Positions 54,701-64,000 of a DNA stretch of 64,000 bases are shown here, piece by piece. Position 1 is the stretch's first letter, and each line of letters starts with the position of its first letter. The notes under the pieces are model-generated. The model searched no databases. It was not told the DNA's origin and worked only from the letters and a program-made list of their open reading frames with translations. Origin of the DNA: Felis catus (taxonomy: Eukaryota); assembly GCF_018350175.1 (NCBI RefSeq), contig NC_058380.1, positions 94,674,001-94,738,000 on the forward strand. Direction: 5' to 3'. The position numbers and the translations under genes are program-made.

Positions 54701-57592
54701 CAGAACATTCCATCGTGCCCCTTTCCGGCCAACCCCTCCCCCTACAGCCTCTCCTGCGGCGTCGCTTGTCCTGATTCTTTTCTACTCTAAGATTATGTTT
54801 GCCTCCTGGAGCCCTAAAGCATATCCTGCTTTGTGCTGCCTTTTCTGAGCATCGTAATTTTGAGATTTAGCCGTGATTTTGCGTGAACCGGTAGCCCTTT
54901 CTCGCTGCTTAGCGTTCTGTGGGGTGGGCGCACCACAGTTGCCTACTGCACTTTCTGTTTTGACGGACACCTGCTTCCAGGGCTTGGACACTATAAGTAA
55001 ATATGAATTATGTCGGACAGACCTTTTGCAGACACGCAATCTACCTTTTCTCCATCGAATATCTAGGAGTAGAACCGCTCAGTCTTAGGCAAGAGACGGC
55101 TTTCCTTTTGTAAAGAACCACTCCACACGTTTTTCCGGTTTCACGCCCCCACTCACAATACACGGAAACTCCGGCTGCTCTACCTGCCTCACCAGCATCT
55201 GATGGCGTGAGTCACCCGTGAACTTTTATACCTGGGTCCTTATACTCACATACGAGTAGATCTGCGGCATAGGGTCCGGGCAGTGGAATCGGGGGAAGAA
55301 TATACACATTTAAAGTTTGAGCGTATTTTCTCCTATGCCCTCCGAAAGGGTTATACAAATGGTTACTCGACCCAGGGGTACATGAGAGTGCCTGCCTTCC
55401 CGTGCTCTCAGCCACACCGACGTATTCACTTACTCATCTGTTAAAAAAGACCTTTACTGAGCAGTTATGACGTGTCCACAATAGAGGTAAGGTAGTTTCC
55501 CAAGCAGACACAGGCCTACTTTCATGGAGCTACGTTCTAGACGGAAAGAACACGTAAAGATGGAAAAGACGGGAGAAGTAAAACACAAATACAAAATATG
55601 TCATGGTGGTGATAGGGGCTCTAAAAGAATACCTAAGGCTGGGTAAGGGGTGGAGAGGGATGTATCTTCATATTTATTTGTGTATCTATCTGCTCTTTCT
55701 TATTGGGTTATAATTTCCACGTTGTAAAATGTACACTCGTTCAAGGGCATAGCCTGCAGCATCCCCTCCCTCTCCCCACCGCCTCATGCATCTGCGTTGA
55801 TGCTAGCAGGGAGACCTATGAGGCATATGCAGTTCTGGGCATTGGTCAAGGAATAGAAGCTATTATAGGGGGCGAGCACTGCAGGGAACAGGGCCCCAGC
55901 CCCAGGGAACAGGCAGTGTGAGGGCCCAGAGGAGCATGCCTGGCCTGTGTCGGGAACATCAAGTAGCCAGCCTGCCCGGACAAAAAGGTGGACAAGAGGA
56001 GAAGGAGACCACATCAGAGGCGGGCCTTGTAGGGTCTGGAGGACCACTGTAGTGTCCTGAATTCGTTTTTAGTTTTTCTTAAGGACAAGGAACGATTTGA
56101 GGGTCGTGGGTTGGAGAAATCCATCATCTGGACATTATCTATCATTTGAACTTTTGCCAGCCTTGTGGACTAAGAAAATACCTTGTGGTTGAGCCTATCT
56201 GCTCAATACCCAAGCAGTCTGAAGGCCTCCTTTTACTATCCAGTTGAGATACATGGTCTTTAGCTAGTCTAGTAGATTGGCTATGGTTTTATTTTTATCT
56301 TTCAATTAAAAAAAATTTTTAATATCTTAAAATTTAAAATATTAGACACAGGATCGGAAGACACAGAATCGGAAGCAGGCTCCAGGCTCTGACCTGTCAG
56401 CACAGAGCCCGACGCGGGGCTCGAACTCACGAGCTGAGATCATAACCTGAGCTGAAGTCCGACGCTCAACCGACTGAGCCACTCAGGCGCCCCCCATATC
56501 TTTTGATTTTTAATCATGGTAAAATGCACAGAACATTGACCATCTTAACTATTTGTAAGCGTGCGTTTCGGTGGTGTTAAGTGTTCACATTGTGGGGCAA
56601 CCATCCCCAACATCCGTCTTCAGATGCAAACCTGAAATTCTGTGCCCATTGAACACTAGCTCCCCATTCCCCCCTCCTCCAGCCTCTGGCAACCACCCTT
56701 CTGCTGTCTGTTCCTATGAACTTGCCTCTTCTGGACACCTCTGTCAAGTAGATTGACTTTTGCAATTGGCTTATTTCACTTAGCATGATGTCCTCAAGGG
56801 ATGGCCATGGTATTATAAGCTGGTTTTGCCTAAGTCTGTTTTTCTGCTGCTGTTTGATTGTGTTTAACACCCACCGTCTCTCCTGGGGTGCTTGTTGGTC
56901 TTAGATACGTGGTCTTCCTGGAGCTGTTCCTGCAGACGGCGGAGAAGCACTTCATGGTGGGACACAAGGTCACCTACTACGTGTTCACCGACCGGCCGGG
57001 GGATGTGCCCCGCGTGCCCCTCGGGGAAGGGAGGCAGGTGGTGGTCCTGGAGGTCCGGAACTACTCGCGCTGGCAGGACGTGTCCATGCACCACATGGAG
57101 ATGATCAGCAACTTCTCCCGGCGGCGTTTCCTCCACGAGGTGGACTATCTGGTGTGCGTGGACGTGGACATGAGGTTCCGCGACCACGTGGGCGTGGAGA
57201 TCCTGTCCCCGCTCTTCGGCACCCTGCACCCCGGCTTCTACGGGGCGGCCCGCGAGGCCTTCACCTACGAGCGCCGGCCGCAGTCCCAGGCGCACATCCC
57301 CAGGGACGAGGGTGACTTTTACTACGCGGGAGGCTTTTTCGGGGGGTCGGTGGCCGAGGTCCTGCGGCTCACGTCGGCCTGTCACCAGGCCATGGTGGTC
57401 GACCGGGCCCACGGCATCGAGGCGGTGTGGCACGACGAGAGCCACCTGAACAGGTACCTGCTCTACCACAAGCCCACCAAGGTGCTGTCCCCCGAGTACC
57501 TGTGGGACGAACATATGCTGCAGAAGCCACCTTTCCTCCGGAAGCTGCGCTTCGTGGCGGTGCCCAAGAATCACGCAGAAATCCGGCACTGA
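37452..57592 (+). CDS. ABO: Histo-blood group ABO transferase-like glycosyltransferase (GT6), predicted 7 exons, 354 aa: join(37452..37491,43802..43874,45240..45290,46636..46683,47515..47550,49763..49891,56905..57592)
   Basis: Exons 5-7 are clearly ABO-family ([11 protein letters not shown]; [31 protein letters not shown]|[37 protein letters not shown]). Exons 2-4 are inferred from splice sites, phase (1/2/2/2), size (73/51/48 nt) and a hydrophobic segment [15 protein letters not shown]. Exon 1 is least certain. Position downstream of SURF6 on the same strand is syntenic with ABO. Orthologue versus paralogue is unresolved. Confidence 0.8.
40983..42890 (+). mobile_element. Cluster of CAN-SINEs in ABO-like intron 1 (about 40983-41185, 41210-41323, 42233-42335 and 42687-42890)
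   Basis: GGG(C/G)GCCTGG-type heads, (CT)n linkers and A-rich tails. Confidence 0.8.
47083..47124. repeat. (GA)n microsatellite
   Basis: About 21 GA units seen directly. Confidence 0.9.
48177..48216. repeat. (CA)n microsatellite
   Basis: About 20 CA units seen directly. Confidence 0.9.
48345..48513 (-). mobile_element. CAN-SINE (antisense) in ABO-like intron 5
   Basis: Antisense SINE body ending ..GGCGCCCC. Confidence 0.85.
48780..49430. mobile_element. MER21-like LTR remnant
   Basis: Motifs GCAAGTTCTAGGTTGTCACCTGTGCTT..CCCCTCCTCAGGCTCGATG..CTATCACCCAGGAAGTTCCAAGGGGTTTAGG resemble MER21-family LTRs. Family call is from recognition only. Confidence 0.5.
49905..50132 (+). mobile_element. CAN-SINE 13 nt downstream of the ABO-like exon 6 donor
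   Basis: Head GGGACACCTGGGTGGCTCAG, (CT)n, A tail, and a degenerate TSD AAGTAAGTGAGATCT / AGGTAGGTAAGATCT. Confidence 0.88.
50900..56800 (-). mobile_element. Mosaic of antisense L1 fragments (3'UTR, ORF2 and ORF1 remnants), L2-like pieces and SINEs (about 51583-52006 +, 52105-52329 -, 53688-53905 -, 56357-56493 -) filling ABO-like intron 6
   Basis: Minus-strand ORFs give L1-like peptides ([19 protein letters not shown]; [17 protein letters not shown]; [12 protein letters not shown]; [11 protein letters not shown]). SINE TSDs include AAGATACTGATTTA at 51569-51582 and 52007-52020. Confidence 0.8.
56905..57592 (+). CDS. ABO: Catalytic-domain (last) exon of the ABO-like gene
   Basis: Acceptor TTAG at 56901-56904 and an open frame to TGA. 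DVD motif at 57161-57169, AGG at 57326-57334, WHDESHLN intact. Confidence 0.95.
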
Positions 57593-57828
57593 TGGGCCGG
57601 GGGGGGGGGGTGGTGGGGCGGGGTGCTCCAGGAGGTCTCCCTGCAAGGCTGCGGCTGGCCTTAGCGGGTCTTCCGCTGGGAAAGGGATCGGCCACAGCTC
57701 TGGTGGCGAATGAGTCCCCGTGCCTCAGTTTCCTCTTCTGGAGAGACTCCCACTACCCACCAAGCACACACGGCTCTAGTTTTTCATCTCTCCCTAATCC
57801 TGCCTCGTATTTAAAGTCGGCTCACCCA

Positions 57829-58051
57829 TGGGGCGCCTGGGTGGCGCAGTCGGTTAAGCGTCCGACTTCAGCCAGGTCACGATCTCGCGGTCCGTGAGTT
57901 CGAGCCCCGCGTCGGGCTCTGGGCTGATGGCTCAGAGCCTGGAGCCTGTTTCCGATTCTGTGTCTCCCTCTCTCTCTGCCCCTCCCCCGTTCATGCTCTG
58001 TCTCTCTCTGTCCCAAAAATAAATAAACGTTGAAAAAAATAAATAAATAAA
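57829..58051 (+). mobile_element. Young felid SINEC in the ABO-like 3'UTR
   Basis: Near-identical to the copies at 35494 and 62449. TSD TAAAGTCGGCTCACCC at 57812-57827 and 58052-58067. Confidence 0.93.
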
Positions 58052-58885
58052 TAAAGTCGGCTCACCCTTCGTGGTGCCGGTAAGGTCCCCTTCCCCGACG
58101 AGGTTTCTTTGTCTCTTCCTCCTGCGGTTGAGGCCCGCTGCTCCCCGCTCCGCCTTTCTAGCGCTGTGTCCTTCCGGCTCCATCTGCCATCCCGCCCCTA
58201 TTTCCAACTGGCCTTGCCCATTACGGTGTGAGCTCCTGGGCCGAGAGGCTGAGATCTCTCCGCCTTTGTCCAGGTCACTTCCTACCACAGGGCCTTGTGC
58301 CCGGAGACTCCCAAAACAGGTTCACATTTGAGTTTAAGTGACCCGTAAAAACCCAGGACACCGTGTGCTGAGACGGTGGGCGAGGCCCAGCCGGGGAGCA
58401 CGTTTCCGGGTTTGGTCTGGGTCGGTTGGCGGCTTGCGGCTTTGGGTTGTTGGGCTTTTTCTTCTAGGGTTTCTGGCAGTTTGTCACATGCTTTTGCTCT
58501 TACTGCTTTTCTCTGACACACGTTAAAAACGCCTTCTTCCGGTTTTTACGTGGCCGCTTCAACTCTTTCAGCGTAGGCAAATTTAAGAGATCGCCCCCTG
58601 CTTTGAAATCGTGAAGATAGTCTCTTGTTATCTTCCAAACACTTAATGTTTTTGCCTCACACTTGAACCGTTAATCTACCAAAAGTGACCTGTGTGTGCT
58701 TTTAACGGAAGGGCTCAATTTAATGTGGCTTTCTCTGGATAACCGTCACCCGAGCACCGCTTAGTGAACACGTGTTTGAAAACCTACCGGAAAGTTCTTC
58801 TCCCTGACATGCACTGTCATCGGCCTCATGTTGGCAGCTGTCCTTCTGTGCCGGCTCCGTTAGGGTCTCTCTATTCTGTTGCATT

Positions 58886-59796
58886 TGATGCGGTTTTGGC
58901 GTGGTGGGGGTCTGGAGCCGATAGCCGAGAAAGAATTCTTGTGTCTTTGGTGCTTAAAGGTGATTTCATCAAAGCACAGGGACCGGGCCCGTGGGCGGGA
59001 GGAGCTGCCCTAGGGTTGTGAGGAGTGACTGGTTATACACTACAGAGTTGGGGGAGGCCAAGGCAAAAGGAAGCCTCCAGAAGGAGTTTCTCACGGTAAA
59101 GAGGACTCCTAGGATAACTGAGGCCTGGCTGTTGTCACCCTGAGGTGGTTTTTCCTCTAGTAAGTCAGTAACATGAAGACAGTAGGGAGTTCCTGGAGGA
59201 ATGTTCTACTCTGCTTGCCTCAGGAGGCTGCGGGTTATAAAGAAATTTAATGTTAAAAAAAAAAAAGAAATTTAATGTTATTTGCATTTCCGTCTTCTCT
59301 TTGTTCCCCACATCCCTACGGAGGAGAGGGTGGGTGATGTTGGGGCTCCAGGAAACTGAGTCTATGGGTTTCTGGAGGTTAAGCTATTGAGAAGATTGCC
59401 TTTTGGGGGGCTGCCTGGGTGGCTCGGTCGGTTAAGCTTGTGACTTCAGCTCAGGTTGTGATCTCACAGTTAGTGAGTTCGAGCCCCGCGTTGGGTTCCG
59501 CACTGACAGTGCGGAGCCTGCTTGGGATTCTCTCCCCTTCTCTCTGCCCCTCCCGCACATGTTCTCTCTCTCTCTCTCCCTCAAAATAAATAAACATTGA
59601 AAAGAAAAGATTGCCCTTGTACTTTATGCAGACACGTACGAACTGATGATGACTGTGATGTCTATCAGCCAGCCTTTGGTTTTTCCCTTTCCTTTCTTCT
59701 TGGGCAGGCAGGAGAGCCTGAGGAACGTCACACGCGTCCCGCCTGGGGGCAGGGGGTCGCTGGTGGGGTGTCGGCCTGCCTGATGCTCCCTCGGCA
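58886..59796. mobile_element. ERV1-type solo LTR, interrupted by a SINE (about 59405-59600)
   Basis: TG...CA termini with a 4-bp flank CATT/CATC. The SINE inside has a duplication GAGAAGATTGCCTTT / GAAAAGATTGCCCTT. Confidence 0.6.
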
Positions 59797-60143
59797 CATC
59801 GGCCGGCGGGTCTGTCCTCGTGGCGCCGGCCACCATCTTACTCGTTCTGGGCCTAGAAACAGGTCTCGGTATCTGGCCCTGCTGCCTTTCCATCTTTAGT
59901 CTTCTGTCACATGGCACCGAGGAGCCTGCTGGAGGTTTCCTCAGAACCGGGGTAAAAATATCTTGTCGATATCGGAGATCCCACCCTGTGAGCAAAGCTC
60001 TCGGTTTACTCAGTCCTTCAGTCTTTCAACAGAACTTCGTAATTTTCTCCGTAAAGGTCTTGCAAATCTGTTTTTCAAGACTCGGAGCTAGGTGCTAGGT
60101 TTTTTTTCCCCCAACATTTTGTTTTTTTGAACTTAAAACATAC

Positions 60144-61533
60144 AGGGGCGCCTGGGGGGCTCAGTCAGTTAAGCCTCCGACGTCAGCTCAGGTCATGGTC
60201 TCGTGGTTGGTGGATTTAAGCCCCACATCAGGGGCGCCTGGGAGGCTCAGTGGGTTAAGTGTTCGACTTCAGCTCAGGTCACGATCGCACAGTTTGTGAG
60301 TTCGAGCCCCGCGTCGGGCTCTGTGCTGATGGCTCAGAGCCTGGAGCCTGCCTCGGATTCTGTGTCTTCTCCTGTCTCTGTCCCTCCCCTGCTCATGCTC
60401 TGTCTCTCTGTCTCTCAATGGTAAATAAACATTTTAAAAAATTAAAAAAAGACTTGAAACATACAAAAAATTTTTAAAGAATCACACAGCAAACGCTCCT
60501 GTACCTACCACGTAGATGTCACTGTGAACACGGTGCCGTGATTCTACCGCTCACAGAGTGAAAAAGGTCTTTAGCTGCCTCCGTTTTGACCTCAGACTCT
60601 CTGGTTGGGTTCTTCTTCCCAGCTGGTCTCCTGGCTCAGGCAGAAGACCCTGAGGAGAACACTTCCCCTGACGGGATCTGAAACTACGCCCTCAATGAGG
60701 GGTGCCTCCAGCCAGCAAGACCCTGCTTGTCATTGACTCCAGGGACTGGGGCCGACTTGGCCTTCCCTGGCCACCTGCACGGACCCAGCCACCTTTGCCC
60801 CACCCTTTGCTCTCATAGGCCTGGAACTGTTTCTGGCACTCTGGAGACAGCCTTTGAGATGCGCCAGTCCGCTCTTCCCGGTGCTGGCCTCGCCGAGAGA
60901 AGGAACTTTCTTGTTCCACTTGCCACTCATTTCTCTGCCTTTGGATTTCGTCAGCGGCCAGTGGCCCAACCTGGTCAGTTTGGGGCCCCCAGAGCCAGAG
61001 CTCTTGCACCCCTGTGCCCCGGCTATCATATGTCATCCATGCACCTGTCCGTGCCTCCATCCATCCATCAGTTCATTTAAATTTTTATTCTACATTTAAA
61101 AACAACTTGCAGAGGGGCGCCTGGGTGGCTCAGTCGTTAAGCATCTGACTTTGGCTCAGGTCACGATCTCACGGCTCGTGGGTTTGAGCCTTGGTGTCGG
61201 GCTCTCTGCTGTTAGCACAGAGCCCACTTCAGATCCTCTGTCTCCCTNNNNNNNNNNNNNNNNNNNNNNNNNNNNNNNNNNNNNNNNNNNNNNNNNNNNN
61301 NNNNNNNNNNNNNNNNNNNNNNNNNNNNNNNNNNNNNNNNNNNNNNNNNNNNNNNNNNNNNNNNNNNNNNNNNNNNNNNNACGTGGGTGGCTCAGTGAGT
61401 TAAGCATCCGACTCTGGATTTGGGCTCAGGTCATGATCTCACAGTTTGTGAGATCGAGCCCTCTGTCGGGCTCTGCAGTGACAGCTCAGAGCCTGCTTGG
61501 GATTCTCTCTCTCCCTGTCTCTGCCCCTCCCCT

Positions 61534-61571
<38 letters not shown>

Positions 61572-63165
61572 CTAAATAAACATTTGGGGCGCCTGGGTGG
61601 CTCAGTCGGTTGAGCATCCGACTTCTGCTCAGCTCATGATCTCGTGGTCCATGAGTTCGAGCCCCACGTCAGGATCTGTGCTGACAGCTCGGGGCCTGGA
61701 GCCTGCTTTGGATTCTGTGTCTCCCTCTCTCTCTGCCCCTCCCTCTCCCATACTCTGTCTCTCTCTCTGTCAAAAGTAAACAAACAATAAAAAAAATTAC
61801 AAAAAAGAAAAGCAAAAAAATAATAATAAAAATTTAAACAATTAAAATTGCAGGTTTCAGTATCTGTTGCTTCAAACACTCAAGCGTATGTACTATGAAT
61901 TAGAGCTCAGTCTGTACCTAGAGTCCTTTTTGAAATTAAAACTTACGTGTGGTAAAGATGTGAAGTGTACCATGTAGTGAGTTTGACAAAGGCCTACTCC
62001 TGTGTCCCACCAGCCCAACTGAAATAGACCACCAGTATCACTCCGGAAACTTCCTTTTCCAGTCAATTCCTGCTCCCAGTCCCCAGAGGCAACCGCTGGT
62101 GTGACTTTTTTTCACCATAGGTTAGTTTTGCCTTTATATAAATGGTATCACAGAATCCTAATTGCATTTATCTATTGACATTTTAGCCATAATTCTTTGC
62201 TTTTTTTTTTTTAAGTGCTGTTCCAGGGATCACAGGATCCATTCTGAACTTTTCGCGACTCGCTTCGAGTTAGTATTGTACCGTTTCACTTTGCAATTGC
62301 GTGTGCCCATTTACTGCCTCCGTGTCCTAGAGGACACGTGTCCTGTTGTTGTCGCGTATGTTACACTACACGCTACAGAACCCAAACTATGGTGTCATAA
62401 CTCTTGCTTAAAAGACTCACATGTACTCTTAAGAAATTAAGACTATATGGGGCGCCTGGGTGGCGCAGTCGGTTAAGCATCCAACTTCAGCCAGGTCACG
62501 ATCTCGCGGTCCGTGAGTTCGAGCCCCGCGTCGGGCTCTGGGCTGATGGCTCGGAGCCTGGAGCCTGTTTCCGATTCAGTGTCTCCCTCTCTCTCTGCCC
62601 CTCCCCCGTTCATGCTCTGTCTCTCTCTGTCCCAAAAATAAATAAAAACGTTGAAAAGAAAAAAAAAATTAAAAAAAAAAAAAGAAATTAAGACTATAGA
62701 TGGTCCTTTTCTACGTATCCAGGTACCTGCCATTTCTGGTGCTCCCCCCCCCCCCCCCACGTATTCAAGTTTCAATCTCGTGCCATGTTCCTTCAGCCTG
62801 AAAATTTTCCTTCGGCATTATTTTTTAAGGAGGCTCCACGCCCGACATGGGGCTCGAACCTCTGACCCCGAGATCGAGAGTCACACGCTCCACCGACTGA
62901 GCCAGCCAGGCGCCCTGCTTCAGCAGTTCCCGTAGCGCAGGTTTGCTGCCAATACGTTCTCATTGTTATGCCTTATCTGAATACACCTTTTTTTTTTTTT
63001 TTTAAGTTTCTTTCTTTATTTTGAGAGAGAGAGAATCCCAGGCAGGATCTGTGCTGTCGCGCAGAGCCCGCCGTGTGGCTCCCGTCCCATGAACCATGAG
63101 ATCACGACCTGAGCTGAAATCAAGAGTCAGATGCTCAACTGACTGAGCTCTCCCAGGAGCCCCTG
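60144..63165. mobile_element. Dense SINE cluster (about 60144-60450, 61113-61830 with three copies, 62449-62681, 62820-62915 and 62987-63165)
   Basis: Multiple SINE heads and tails. The 62449 copy has a perfect 17-bp TSD AAGAAATTAAGACTATA at 62431-62447 and 62682-62698. Confidence 0.85.
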
Positions 63166-64000
63166 GATGCATCTTTGCTCTGAGGACAGTGCTATACCAC
63201 ACAGAGTATTCTGGGTCGGCAGGGTTTTTTTCTTTCGGCCCTTTACAGGTGCCGGTTCACCGTCTTCTGACCTCCATGCTTCTGATAAGCGAATGCTGTT
63301 TGTTTGTTTGCTCTTTTCTCGTACGTGTTTTTTTTCTTCGCCTTTTTTTAAGACTTAGAAAAAAAAACCCCACCTCTGGAATCATCCATTTGATTGTGTC
63401 CAGGTGTGTGTGTGTGTGTGTGGTTTCACTCTGCTGATGGCCAGCTGAGCTCCCAGGCTCCCCGAATGTCTGTGTTCCATCAGGCTCGGGAAGATTTCAG
63501 CCATTATTTTTCCAAATATATTTTCCGCCCCAGTCTCCCTCTCCTCTCCCGTGATTCCAGTCACGCATAAGCTGGATCTTTTGATATTATCCCACGGGTC
63601 CCTGAGATGGTTTCCATCTCAATCCCCACTCTGTTCTTCACAAGAGAGGACCTGAGCTGTGCCTTCAGGATCCATTGGTAAGTCCATCTGCCGAGTTCCT
63701 GAACTTTCAGATACTGTACTAGCATCTACACTGGGCTCTTTGGTGGTTTCTATTTCTTTCTCTGAGGTTCATGGTTTTCTTTTCTTATGAACATACTTGT
63801 TTTCTTTATATCCTAGAGCATCACTCCTAACGGCTCCTGTAAAATCTCTGCCCACCACCTCCAGCCTCGGGGCCACCTCGGTGCCCGGGGTCGCCCACTG
63901 CCTTTCCCCGTGTCCTGTCGGTGTCCTGTTTGCTCATGCGTCTGCTCTTTCTGCATTGCCTCCTACACGGTGACGGTTCGCCGTGGACAGGATTCTGTTA

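Noticed and set aside
56864-57646. 260-aa minus-strand ORF
   Set aside because: Antisense mirror of the ABO-like catalytic exon caused by high GC at third codon positions.

Overview
Mammalian genomic DNA, very likely from a felid (abundant felid-type CAN-SINEs), covering the Surfeit locus and the adjacent ABO region. In order: the last exon and 3'UTR of SURF4 (+), SURF2 (-), SURF1 (+), RPL7A (-), MED22 (+), SURF6 (+), and a 7-exon ABO-family (CAZy GT6) glycosyltransferase gene (+, about 37.4-57.6 kb). I reconstructed exon chains by hand from GT-AG sites and reading frame; homologue comparisons are from memory. RPL7A hosts SNORD24 and SNORD36A/B/C. The rest is SINE/L1/LTR/MIR-rich intronic and intergenic DNA with three N gaps. 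Most notable: (1) a second SNORD24-like C/D snoRNA in RPL7A intron 1; (2) the intron-4 SNORD36 copy carries both the 18S and the 28S guides; (3) the ABO-like gene has an open frame and an A-type AGG motif, but His-His replaces the Arg187/Arg188 donor-binding pair, and its N-terminus and exon 6 diverge enough to suggest a paralogue; (4) several retrotransposon events touch this gene's splice and poly(A) signals. I found no evidence of a wholly new multi-gene system. Nearly all long six-frame ORFs are GC-rich or antisense artefacts.
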